Made by a program: the position numbers and the translations under genes
Notes under the pieces: model-generated
Database searches by the model: none
Told to the model about the DNA's origin: nothing
Seen by the model: the letters and a program-made list of their open reading frames with translations, nothing else
IMG/VR virus record: IMGVR_UViG_3300043395_003089
Coordinates: 1-64,000 of that record
From: a virus
DNA: 64,000 bases
Reading direction: 5' to 3' (one strand)
Part shown: one piece after another, positions 9,519 to 17,919 of the stretch
Layout of the letters: every line of letters begins with the position of its first letter
Position numbering within the stretch: position 1 is the stretch's first letter

Positions 9519-12128
9519 ATGATCACCGAGCTATCGAACAAGCCCGGCTTCTATCGCGTCTCGATGACCGAGCAACGCATCGCGCAGCTCGTCGGCGTGC
9601 CGGGCATCAAGTGGGATCTCGACGAAGATCTCTGCATCAAGGCCACGCATGCGACGATGCCGCGCAACGCGCTCGCGCTCCTCGATGATCCTGAAGCGAT
9701 CAAGATCCTCGAAGCCGCCAAGCAGCCCGGCGACTGGGAGGCGCGCGAAGCCCATTGGGCGCAGCTCGGCGTCAAGCCGCGTACGACGCAGCATCAGGCG
9801 ATCGACTTCATCGAAGGGCGCCGCGGCACGCTGCTCGCCGACGATATGCGCGTAGGCAAGGGGCATCCATTGTGGACACGCGTGCTCACCCCTGATGGCT
9901 GGATCACGATTGGCGCATTACAAGTCGGATCCGCCATTTTCGGTAGTGACGGCCGACAGCATCGCGTGACCGGTATTTTTGATCGTGGCCGACTACCCGT
10001 CTATCGTGTCCGGTTCTCGGACGGAGCATCTGTCCTAGTCGACGGGGATCATCTATGGCAAGCGTGGGATCATAACGCGTGGGCTCGTGGTGGTGCTCCA
10101 CAGATCCGATCGACGGATGTGCTGCTCGCGGATCTGACATACACGAATGGCAATCGAAAGTGGCGGATCCCGATGGTTCAGCCGATCGAGTTTCCGCCGT
10201 GCGAGTTGCCGATCGATCCTTACGTGCTTGGTGTGCTTCTCGGTGACGGCTCGTTCTGTGGTAGCTCTGTCGTGTTCACGCCCGGTGATGAACTAGTTCC
10301 GAAGGAAGTCGAGCGACGGCTACCGTCTGATGTGCGTCTCGTCGCAGACGCACGAGACGATCGCGCTACAACGTGGCGCATCAGCCGACGATCGGTTCAA
10401 AACAGCGTCCGAGCTGTACTCAACACCCTTGAGCTTTGGGGTTTGAGCTCAGCTGACAAATTTGTGCCCGACGTCTTCCTGTTCGCATCGATCGAACAAC
10501 GACTAGCGTTGCTGCGCGGCTTGATGGACACCGACGGCGAATTTTGTGATGGGCATGTCGCATTCTCGTCGGCGTCGAGAGCACTCGTAGATGCCGTCCG
10601 ATTTCTCGTCGAGAGTATGGGTGGTTGCGCGCGTGAGCCTAAGCCGAGAGAAGCGCCACGCTATACGTACCGCAACGAGAAACGAATCGGCCTTCCCTCG
10701 TTCCGCTTGAACATCTCGATGCCGGAAGGAATCTCGCCGTTCCTGACGCGCCAAGGCTACCAACCCCACTCTAAGTATTTTCCATCGAGGACGATCGCAG
10801 CGATCGAGCCTGCCGGTGTTGAGCACGTGCGCTGCATTTCTGTGGACGCGCCTGATCGCCTATACGTGACCGAGCACTGCATCGTCACACACAACACCGG
10901 TTCATGCGTCGGCGCGCACGATCCCGCGCGTGGCCCGCTTGTCGTCGTCGGGCCGCTTCCGTCGCGCGCTGTGTGGCTCGGCTGGTTCAAGCGGCTGTTT
11001 CCGGGCGTGCCCGTCGGCGTCGCGATCGGCCGCTCGTTCGATACGCAGGTCATGCACCAGCCGATCGTATTCGCGCACTACGACGTGATCCAGCACTGGC
11101 GTGCGATGTTCAAGATCGGCACGCTCGTGTTCGACGAGGCGCACGCGCTCTCGAATCCACGCGCGAAGCGCACCGAGGCCGCGGTGGTGCTACAGGCCTA
11201 CGCCGAATGCGTGGTCGCCGCGACCGGCACGCCGATCTGGAACCGACCGGCGACGATGCACTCGATCCTCGGGCTCGTCGCGCCCGGCGCGTGGGGTTCC
11301 GAGTACGACTTCGCGAATCGCTACGGCGCACCCGTGACGTCGGCCTACGGAACCAAGTACGAGGGGATCTCGAACGCCGAGGAGCTGCACGCGCGCCTCG
11401 GTGACGTGATGATCCGTCGACGGTGGCAGGATGTCAACCAAGACATCCCGCCGATCTCGCGCAGTGTGATCGTCGCCGAGGTGACCGAAGCCGAGCGCAA
11501 GCGGCTTGACATCCTCGCCGGAAAACTGAAGGGCGAGCGCTCGAACACGGCCGCGAATCTCGCCGCGTACCGACGGCAGATCACGAAGCTCAAGACCGTC
11601 GTGACGGTCGCCGAGGCCCAGAAGATCGTCTCGCGCGGCGAGCCTGTTGTCGTCTGGACGTGGCATCGCGACTTCGCGGAGCTACTCGCCGATCGTCTCG
11701 GTACGCCCTACGTGATCCACGGTGAGATCAACACCAACGAGCGCGAGCGACGCATGCAAGCGTGGAAAGACTCGCTCGTGCCGATGCCGCTCGTCGCGAC
11801 GATGGCCGTCGGGCAAGTCGCGATCGATCTCTCGCACGCGCGGTTCGCGATCTTCGCCGAAGTCGACTACATCCCGGCCGTGATCGCGCAGGCCGAGATG
11901 CGGACGTTCGAGGCCTCGCGGGCGATGTTCATCACGTTCGTGATCGCGAATCACATCGTTGATCAACGTCTCGTGCGTGCGCTCGTCGCCAAGTTGGCCT
12001 CGGCGGATCCGCTTGGCGTCGCGGCGGCGCGCGATTCGATCGATGCGTTGCGTGAGGCCCTCATGGGCCCCGAGGACCCGGGCGACTTGGATCGTTTGCT
12101 CGAAGATCTGATCGCGAGCGCGGCATGA
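9519..12128 (+). CDS. SNF2/SF2-like helicase containing an intein
   Basis: LLADDMRVGK|T, LVFDEAH, ATGTPIWN, QAEMR. Confidence 0.85.
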   Translation: MITELSNKPGFYRVSMTEQRIAQLVGVPGIKWDLDEDLCIKATHATMPRNALALLDDPEAIKILEAAKQPGDWEAREAHWAQLGVKPRTTQHQAIDFIEGRRGTLLADDMRVGKGHPLWTRVLTPDGWITIGALQVGSAIFGSDGRQHRVTGIFDRGRLPVYRVRFSDGASVLVDGDHLWQAWDHNAWARGGAPQIRSTDVLLADLTYTNGNRKWRIPMVQPIEFPPCELPIDPYVLGVLLGDGSFCGSSVVFTPGDELVPKEVERRLPSDVRLVADARDDRATTWRISRRSVQNSVRAVLNTLELWGLSSADKFVPDVFLFASIEQRLALLRGLMDTDGEFCDGHVAFSSASRALVDAVRFLVESMGGCAREPKPREAPRYTYRNEKRIGLPSFRLNISMPEGISPFLTRQGYQPHSKYFPSRTIAAIEPAGVEHVRCISVDAPDRLYVTEHCIVTHNTGSCVGAHDPARGPLVVVGPLPSRAVWLGWFKRLFPGVPVGVAIGRSFDTQVMHQPIVFAHYDVIQHWRAMFKIGTLVFDEAHALSNPRAKRTEAAVVLQAYAECVVAATGTPIWNRPATMHSILGLVAPGAWGSEYDFANRYGAPVTSAYGTKYEGISNAEELHARLGDVMIRRRWQDVNQDIPPISRSVIVAEVTEAERKRLDILAGKLKGERSNTAANLAAYRRQITKLKTVVTVAEAQKIVSRGEPVVVWTWHRDFAELLADRLGTPYVIHGEINTNERERRMQAWKDSLVPMPLVATMAVGQVAIDLSHARFAIFAEVDYIPAVIAQAEMRTFEASRAMFITFVIANHIVDQRLVRALVAKLASADPLGVAAARDSIDALREALMGPEDPGDLDRLLEDLIASAA
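9861..10895 (+). mobile_element. class 3-type intein with LAGLIDADG endonuclease (345 aa), starting with Gly
   Basis: GHPLWTRVLTPDG ... DHLW ... LGVLLGDG ... LRGLMDTDG ... VRCISV ... IVTHN/T. Confidence 0.88.
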
Positions 12129-12135
12129 GGCTAAG

Positions 12136-12459
12136 ATGCCCGACGTGAAGACGTACGTGCGAATCGATCTCGACACCAAAACGCTCGACGAGATCGATCG
12201 GCTGTCGCTCAAACACGGCCTCAGTCGCTCGGATTACATCGCGATGCTCGTCGAGAAACGCACGTTGCAGGACGAGCTGCAACCGTTACGCGATCTCGAA
12301 GTAATCGTGCGCGATATCCTCGGTCAGACTGGATATGGCTACGTAGCACGAGGCGAATTGAGTGATCGTGGCGCGCGTACCATCTTGCAGCGCCTTGATC
12401 TGCTTCGTAGCTGTCAGCCCAGCGAGGTAGCATCTCCGGGCAGTGACCCGCAGACCTAA
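12136..12459 (+). CDS. ribbon-helix-helix (CopG-like) DNA-binding protein
   Basis: VRIDLDTKTLDEIDRLSLKHGLSRSDYIAMLV. Confidence 0.6.
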   Translation: MPDVKTYVRIDLDTKTLDEIDRLSLKHGLSRSDYIAMLVEKRTLQDELQPLRDLEVIVRDILGQTGYGYVARGELSDRGARTILQRLDLLRSCQPSEVASPGSDPQT

Positions 12460-12965
12460 AGCCGTCAACACAGCCTACAACCAAGGCGATAGCGTGTTGC
12501 GCTTCGAGATCGTGCCACACGAAGATCACGAAGCGCTGCTCATGACCGTGCGTGAGCTCAAGCTCGACGGAAAGATCGTTGCCGTGCGGCTCAACGAGCA
12601 CGAACTAACGGTCACGATCAGCAAGTTGTTCGAGTGCTTGACCAATCTGCAAGCGAGGCGGCAATGACGTTGCGTTGTCAGATGTGGCTGCCTACGCCAG
12701 AGCCGCTAAGCAGCGCGGTTCAGCCAGAGCAATGCTCGCGCGAGGCGCGCTACATCGATACGGCCGGCGAGCTTCGCTGCTCGCTCTGCGACATGGCAAG
12801 CACGGCGACGAGCATCAGGCTTGGCGACATCCCGGAGTTGCTCCAAGCGCTCGAACGCTTGATCCATGATCCGGTCGCCTCGAAAGCCGACGAAGAAACC
12901 ATCAAGAGGCTGCTCTGGCGTAGCAACCTCGTTATCGCGCGACCCGAGAACCTGGAGGATCTTCT

Positions 12966-13421
12966 GTGACTCAAGACCCAAACCTGACCCGCCCCGAGTG
13001 GGATGCCTACTTTTTGAATATCGCGCGTGCCGTCGCGGCACGCGGCTCGTGTCGACGCAAGCGCGTCGGCGCGGTCATCGTCGACTCTGAGGCCGCGATC
13101 ATCAGCACGGGCTACAACGGAGCGCCACGCAAGATGCCCGATTGCCTGGAAGTCGGTTGCGACGTGCGCATGATCGACGGCCGCGAGAGCTGCGTGCGAA
13201 CGATCCACGCCGAGAGCAACGCGATCGATTGGGCGCGGCGTAGCCTCGTTGGCGCGACGCTCTACACCAACGTGATTCCGTGCCGGCTCTGCGCGCTGCG
13301 CATCATCCAGGTCGGGATCGATCGTGTCGTCTACGAGGAAGAGTACATCTCGCAGGGCACCCTCGAAGTTCCCGAGATTCTCCACAGGGCCGGTGTCGTG
13401 CTCATGCGGGGTAGCGTGTGA
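12966..13421 (+). CDS. dCMP deaminase
   Basis: WDAYFL, STGYNG, IHAESNAI, PCRLC zinc motifs. Confidence 0.92.
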   Translation: MTQDPNLTRPEWDAYFLNIARAVAARGSCRRKRVGAVIVDSEAAIISTGYNGAPRKMPDCLEVGCDVRMIDGRESCVRTIHAESNAIDWARRSLVGATLYTNVIPCRLCALRIIQVGIDRVVYEEEYISQGTLEVPEILHRAGVVLMRGSV

Positions 13422-13848
13422 AGCCCACCAAGTGCACGAAGTGCGGTCAGGAGTTTTGTTCCGATCATCTCGACATCGGAGCGCTCGTCGTATGGCGTCC
13501 TGACAGTGTCGAGATCAAGCTGTGCGTTGTCGCCGAAAATGGTGATCCGTTCACAATCACCGTCGACAAGCGAAACCATGTGCAGCTACGCAATCTCGCG
13601 ACCGATACCGAGATCGGAGCTGAGACCGAGATCGGCCAACGCTTGATCGGCTACGCGCTCCGTCGCGCGATCTGTCGTGGCATCGATACGAGCGAGTGCA
13701 TCCACGAGGAGCGCGACGTCGAGAACAGCAAGACACGCGTGACGATCAACCTCGGCAAGTTCAGCTTGCATCGTGCTGGTAGCCAGACCGGTCGTACGCC
13801 ACCGTTCCCGATCAAGTAGCTGTCAGACCACCGCGGTAGTGTTCTCAC

Positions 13849-14910
13849 GTGATCAAGCGCAACACGTGTTTCTTGTGCGGCGTCGAGCTCGAACCGGTCG
13901 TGCATGCACTCGCCAAGCAGCTCCATCCGCAGGTCGATGACTGCGAAGTCGAATACACCGACGAGTGGGGCATCTCGATCGAGCTGCCCGAAGTCGTCGA
14001 GCAGCCGTCGCTGATCACCGAAGCGGTCAACTCGGGCGTCGAGGATGGGATCCTGCTACAGCGCTTCCCGCCCGCCGACGAAGTCATCGCGGATTTCTTT
14101 CGCGAGCACGGGCTCGAAAAACTCGGTGGCCAGTCGTCGGGGCGCGGCTGGTCATCGTTCGCGCTCTACCAGCGTTGTCCGTACGCGTGGAAGCGCCGCT
14201 ACATCGATCAGGTTCGCTCGCCACTCTGGATCGAATCGCCGAGCCTCGCGATCGGCTCGCTCGTGCATGCGCTCCTCGCGTTGTACTACGGCAACATGAC
14301 CGAGAGCGCATACGCGCATCTGACGCCCGAGATGCTGTTCGAGTACGCGCGCTCGCGCGCCAACACCGAATTCGTCAACGAGGCGTGGCGGCTGTTCACG
14401 GCCTACGAGCTGTATTACCGCCACGAGCAAATCATCCCGCTAGCGATCGAGCACGACGTGCACGACCCGCGCACGCACGAATCGTGTCGCTACGATCTCG
14501 TCGCGTTCTTTCCCGAGGATCTGCCAGGCCGGCGCTCGGGGACGTACATCGTCGAGAGCAAGACCGCTGCGCGTTTCGACTACGAGACGCTCAACGGCTG
14601 GCAGAACGACGGTGAGTGCCTCGGCGAAGTCGCGCTCTGGAAGCGCCTCGGGCTAGACAAGCGCTTCGGCGAGCTGCGCGGCTTGATGGTCAACATCATC
14701 GGCAAGCAGAAAGAGCCGAAGATGCATCGCACGGTGATCGCGCCGTCGACGTGGCAGATCGATCAGCACTTGAAAGACCTGAAGCGCTGGGAGGGCCTGA
14801 TGAACCTCGCGCGCTCGACGGAAGTTTTCCCGCGCGCTCGTGGCGGCTGCATCAATCGCTACGGCATGTGCGGCGAATGGGACCACTGTTTGAACAACGA
14901 GGAGATTTGA
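13849..14910 (+). CDS. PD-(D/E)XK exonuclease (RecB/Cas4-like) with Fe-S-type cysteines
   Basis: QRCPYAW, GSLVH, RYDLV..IVESKT, C-terminal CINRYGMCGEWDHC. Confidence 0.8.
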   Translation: MIKRNTCFLCGVELEPVVHALAKQLHPQVDDCEVEYTDEWGISIELPEVVEQPSLITEAVNSGVEDGILLQRFPPADEVIADFFREHGLEKLGGQSSGRGWSSFALYQRCPYAWKRRYIDQVRSPLWIESPSLAIGSLVHALLALYYGNMTESAYAHLTPEMLFEYARSRANTEFVNEAWRLFTAYELYYRHEQIIPLAIEHDVHDPRTHESCRYDLVAFFPEDLPGRRSGTYIVESKTAARFDYETLNGWQNDGECLGEVALWKRLGLDKRFGELRGLMVNIIGKQKEPKMHRTVIAPSTWQIDQHLKDLKRWEGLMNLARSTEVFPRARGGCINRYGMCGEWDHCLNNEEI

Positions 14911-14911
14911 G

Positions 14912-15154
14912 ATGGCGAAGATCCAGAAGCGACGAGCGGTCAGCCTGTCGAGCAAATACTACGAGGCACTCAAGACCCACGCCGAACAACTTGGCGTGCC
15001 GCTGGTCTCGATCATCGAGCTCGCGGTCTTTCCGGTGCTGCGCGATGCTGGCCTACTGCGCGACGACGAAAAAATTCGACCGTCGGGTAAGTATTGGGAC
15101 CCACAAGTCAAACGCTGGCGCGTGCCGGCAACCAACAGCCGTTTCGCTCGCTGA
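14912..15154 (+). CDS. ribbon-helix-helix-like protein
   Basis: RRAVSLSSKYYEALKTHAEQLGVPLVSIIE. Confidence 0.5.
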   Translation: MAKIQKRRAVSLSSKYYEALKTHAEQLGVPLVSIIELAVFPVLRDAGLLRDDEKIRPSGKYWDPQVKRWRVPATNSRFAR

Positions 15155-15186
15155 GCTGTCAGCCCAGCGTGGTACATCCCTTGACC

Positions 15187-15402
15187 GTGAGTGGCGATGA
15201 CGATTTCAAGCCGTGTCGTGACGAGGAGTGCACGATCGAGCGCTTGCATCCAGCCCATCGCGACGTCGAGCGATGCCCGAGCTGCCAGGAACCCGTGATC
15301 AAGCTCAACCGCTTGCTGACCGTGTGCTCCAAGTGCACGTGGCGCTCGCAACGCAAGATGGCTCGTCGCGCCTCTACCAGAAAGACCAACGCGCATGCGT
15401 GA
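15187..15402 (+). CDS. small Zn-finger protein
   Basis: CRDEEC..HPAH plus two CxxC; GTG start 8 nt after the 23-bp motif. Confidence 0.5.
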   Translation: MSGDDDFKPCRDEECTIERLHPAHRDVERCPSCQEPVIKLNRLLTVCSKCTWRSQRKMARRASTRKTNAHA

Positions 15403-16327
15403 AATCTCGATGACACAACCGGCGACGCAGATCCCGGTGTTCTCGTTTCTACCCTACGGCGTCACGCGCTCGGGTAAGACACATTGGGCGGCGACCTTGC
15501 CGCGCCCGCTGATCATCGCCGACGTTGCCGAGTCTGGTTACAAGACGATCCTCAACATGGATCGCGAGCAGTGGTTCGAGCCTGACGTCGAGCCGTTGAT
15601 CATCGGCATCGATCAAATGAGTGACATCGCGAACCTGATGGCCGCCAACGGACGCGTCGATCAGTTGATCGCATGTGGGCGCATCAAGTCGATCGTGTTC
15701 GATGCGTTCACCTACTACTGCGACATGTTCCTCGCGTTCCTCACGCGGCTCGACACCAAGGGCGACAACCGTAAGATCTACGGCGATCTCGGCAAGCACC
15801 TACGCGAGCTGCGTACAATCACGGGCTCGAAGGGCGTCAACGTCGCCTATTGCTGTCTCGAACAGCCGCCCGATGCCGAGCAAGGCACCAAGGGCTTGCC
15901 GCAGATCCCGGGCAACCAGGGCGGCAAGTTTGCCGGCGGCGTTGACTTCCTGTGGCACGCGAAGTTCCGCAACGTGATCGATAAGGGCCAGGTCGTCGAC
16001 GTCGTGCGCGAGATGCGGACGCGCCCCGATGGCCCGTGGATCGCCGGTAACCGGCTAGGCCAGAACGCCGACATGTTGCCTGATCCGTTCGTCGGCTCGT
16101 ACAGCGATCTCCTCGCCGTGCTCGGCTACGACGTCGAGGTACTGCGCAAGAGCCTGAAGCCGATCAAGTCGATCATCGTGCCCAAGTTCGTCGCGCCCGC
16201 GCCCGTCGCAGCGCCCGCCACGCCACCCGTCGCGAAGCCGGTTGCTTCGCCCGTCGCGCGCCCCGTCAACAACGGCACGCGCCCCAACGTTCCCGCGCCG
16301 AAGGTGACTCCACCGCAGGCGAAATAA
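15395..16327 (+). CDS. Sak4-like AAA ATPase (single-strand annealing)
   Basis: YGVTRSGKT Walker A, IVFDA Walker B; lies between the exonuclease and the SSB. Confidence 0.75.
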   Translation: MREISMTQPATQIPVFSFLPYGVTRSGKTHWAATLPRPLIIADVAESGYKTILNMDREQWFEPDVEPLIIGIDQMSDIANLMAANGRVDQLIACGRIKSIVFDAFTYYCDMFLAFLTRLDTKGDNRKIYGDLGKHLRELRTITGSKGVNVAYCCLEQPPDAEQGTKGLPQIPGNQGGKFAGGVDFLWHAKFRNVIDKGQVVDVVREMRTRPDGPWIAGNRLGQNADMLPDPFVGSYSDLLAVLGYDVEVLRKSLKPIKSIIVPKFVAPAPVAAPATPPVAKPVASPVARPVNNGTRPNVPAPKVTPPQAK

Positions 16328-16374
16328 CCCGGCCTTTAGGGGGGCCATCGTCACGTTAGAAAGGCCAGCGTCAA

Positions 16375-16902
16375 ATGTCTCAGCAAGAATTCACCGATTT
16401 CGAGATCGAGCTCAACCTCGAAGCCACCGAAGCATGGAACGGCGAAAGTGCGCCGCTCCTCGATCCGGGCGACTACAACCTCACCGTCGTCGGCTTCGAA
16501 CAGAAGACCGGCAAGGACTCGAACCAGCCGTATATCGCGGTGACGTTCGAGGTGGCCGATGGCGAGCTCGCTGGCCGCAAGGTCTGGAACAACTACTCGT
16601 TGTCCCAGAAGGCCGTCGGTCGACTCAAGAGCCTGATGCTCGCGTGCAAGACCGAGCTGACGAAGGTCGTCGCGAGCCAGTTCATGGGCCAGACGATCCG
16701 CGCGTCGGTCGTGCACGAGGACATGCCGGCGTCGGTCGACACGAACGGCAACCCGCGCCCGGCGAAGCCAAGCGCGAAGGTCATCAACGAGCAGCCGCTC
16801 GAAGAGGCCCCGGTCGAGACCAAGCCCGCGACCAAGGCCCCGCCGATCACGAACAAGCCGGCGACCAAGCCCGTCAACAACGGGCAGGCACGGCGCGCGT
16901 AG
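16375..16902 (+). CDS. DUF669-like single-stranded DNA-binding protein
   Basis: LDPGDYNLTV..YIAVTFEV..GELAGRKVWNNY. Confidence 0.75.
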   Translation: MSQQEFTDFEIELNLEATEAWNGESAPLLDPGDYNLTVVGFEQKTGKDSNQPYIAVTFEVADGELAGRKVWNNYSLSQKAVGRLKSLMLACKTELTKVVASQFMGQTIRASVVHEDMPASVDTNGNPRPAKPSAKVINEQPLEEAPVETKPATKAPPITNKPATKPVNNGQARRA

Positions 16903-17201
16903 CGGGAGCGCACGGTTCGCAGTGGATCACGGCGCGTGAAGTTTCCTCGGAAGCTTCGCGCGCTGTGGTGCGGCTGTGAATTGTCGATTTTTGCGCGTGC
17001 GATCGGCTCGCGATGCCTCACGTTTTTGCGGGAGCGATCTCTCCACAAAGTTATTCACAGGCGAAAGAACTTGCCCAGTGACATCCGAACCAACTAAAGA
17101 CGAGCAAGCAAGCACACCGAGCGTCGATGCCACGGTGACTTGCTCGAACCGCTAACCAGCGGGCGCCGGGTGGCGTCTGCGTCTAGGGGGCTAGACGAGC
17201 C

Positions 17202-17678
17202 ATGTCTGATGATTGGGACCCAACCAAGATCTGTCGCGACGAGGAATGTGAGATCGAGGAAGTGCACCGCGCGCACCGTCGGCTGAAACGCCGACCGGTC
17301 CTGCACCATCGGCCCAAAGAACGGGCGCCGCTCTCGATCGAGCGTGGGCTACGCGCGATCGAACGCGGCGAGATGCCGACGATGAAAGAGCTGCTCGCCG
17401 AGCGCGTGCTCGCGGCAGTCGGCAAGCGGCCCACGTTCATGGCGTGGATCCAACGTGACGTCCGAGACGACTACGGGCACGTGTCCGAGCGCTCGATCTA
17501 CCGCTACGTCGGCCGGTTGATCGCCGACCGGCGCATCGTTAAGCTCGATCTCGGGCTCACGTTCGCGGTCTACATCGATCCGACGTCGCCGATGCTATCG
17601 GATCGCTCGGCGTTGCGCGAGTACATGCTCGCCAACGTCGATTGCATCCCGACGTGCACGAAAGAGGCGTTCGCATGA
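17202..17678 (+). CDS. putative DNA-binding protein (N-terminal Cys/His motif, wHTH-like C-terminal part)
   Basis: CRDEEC..HRAH; VSERSIYRYVGRLIADRRI. Confidence 0.5.
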   Translation: MSDDWDPTKICRDEECEIEEVHRAHRRLKRRPVLHHRPKERAPLSIERGLRAIERGEMPTMKELLAERVLAAVGKRPTFMAWIQRDVRDDYGHVSERSIYRYVGRLIADRRIVKLDLGLTFAVYIDPTSPMLSDRSALREYMLANVDCIPTCTKEAFA

Positions 17679-17919
17679 GCGACGTCAAGAAACGGCCCCA
17701 GCCGGCCGCGCTGCGGCTCGCGAACATGGGTAGGGCACTACGTCGTAGGTCGCGTGAGTACACGAAGGCCCTCGATCGGTATCACGCTGGCGACATGGCG
17801 TCTTCAGCTCCGTACGTCGAGGCCTGCGAGAGCGAGCTCGAACAGGCTGCACTCAAGTTCGCGAGGGCAGCCTACGACTGCAACAACGGCTTCTGGACTG
17901 ATCTGATCACGAGCTAGCT

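Noticed and set aside
13849-14910. Cas4 of a CRISPR-Cas system
   Set aside because: No array or other cas genes; the context (Sak4, SSB) is a standard phage recombination module
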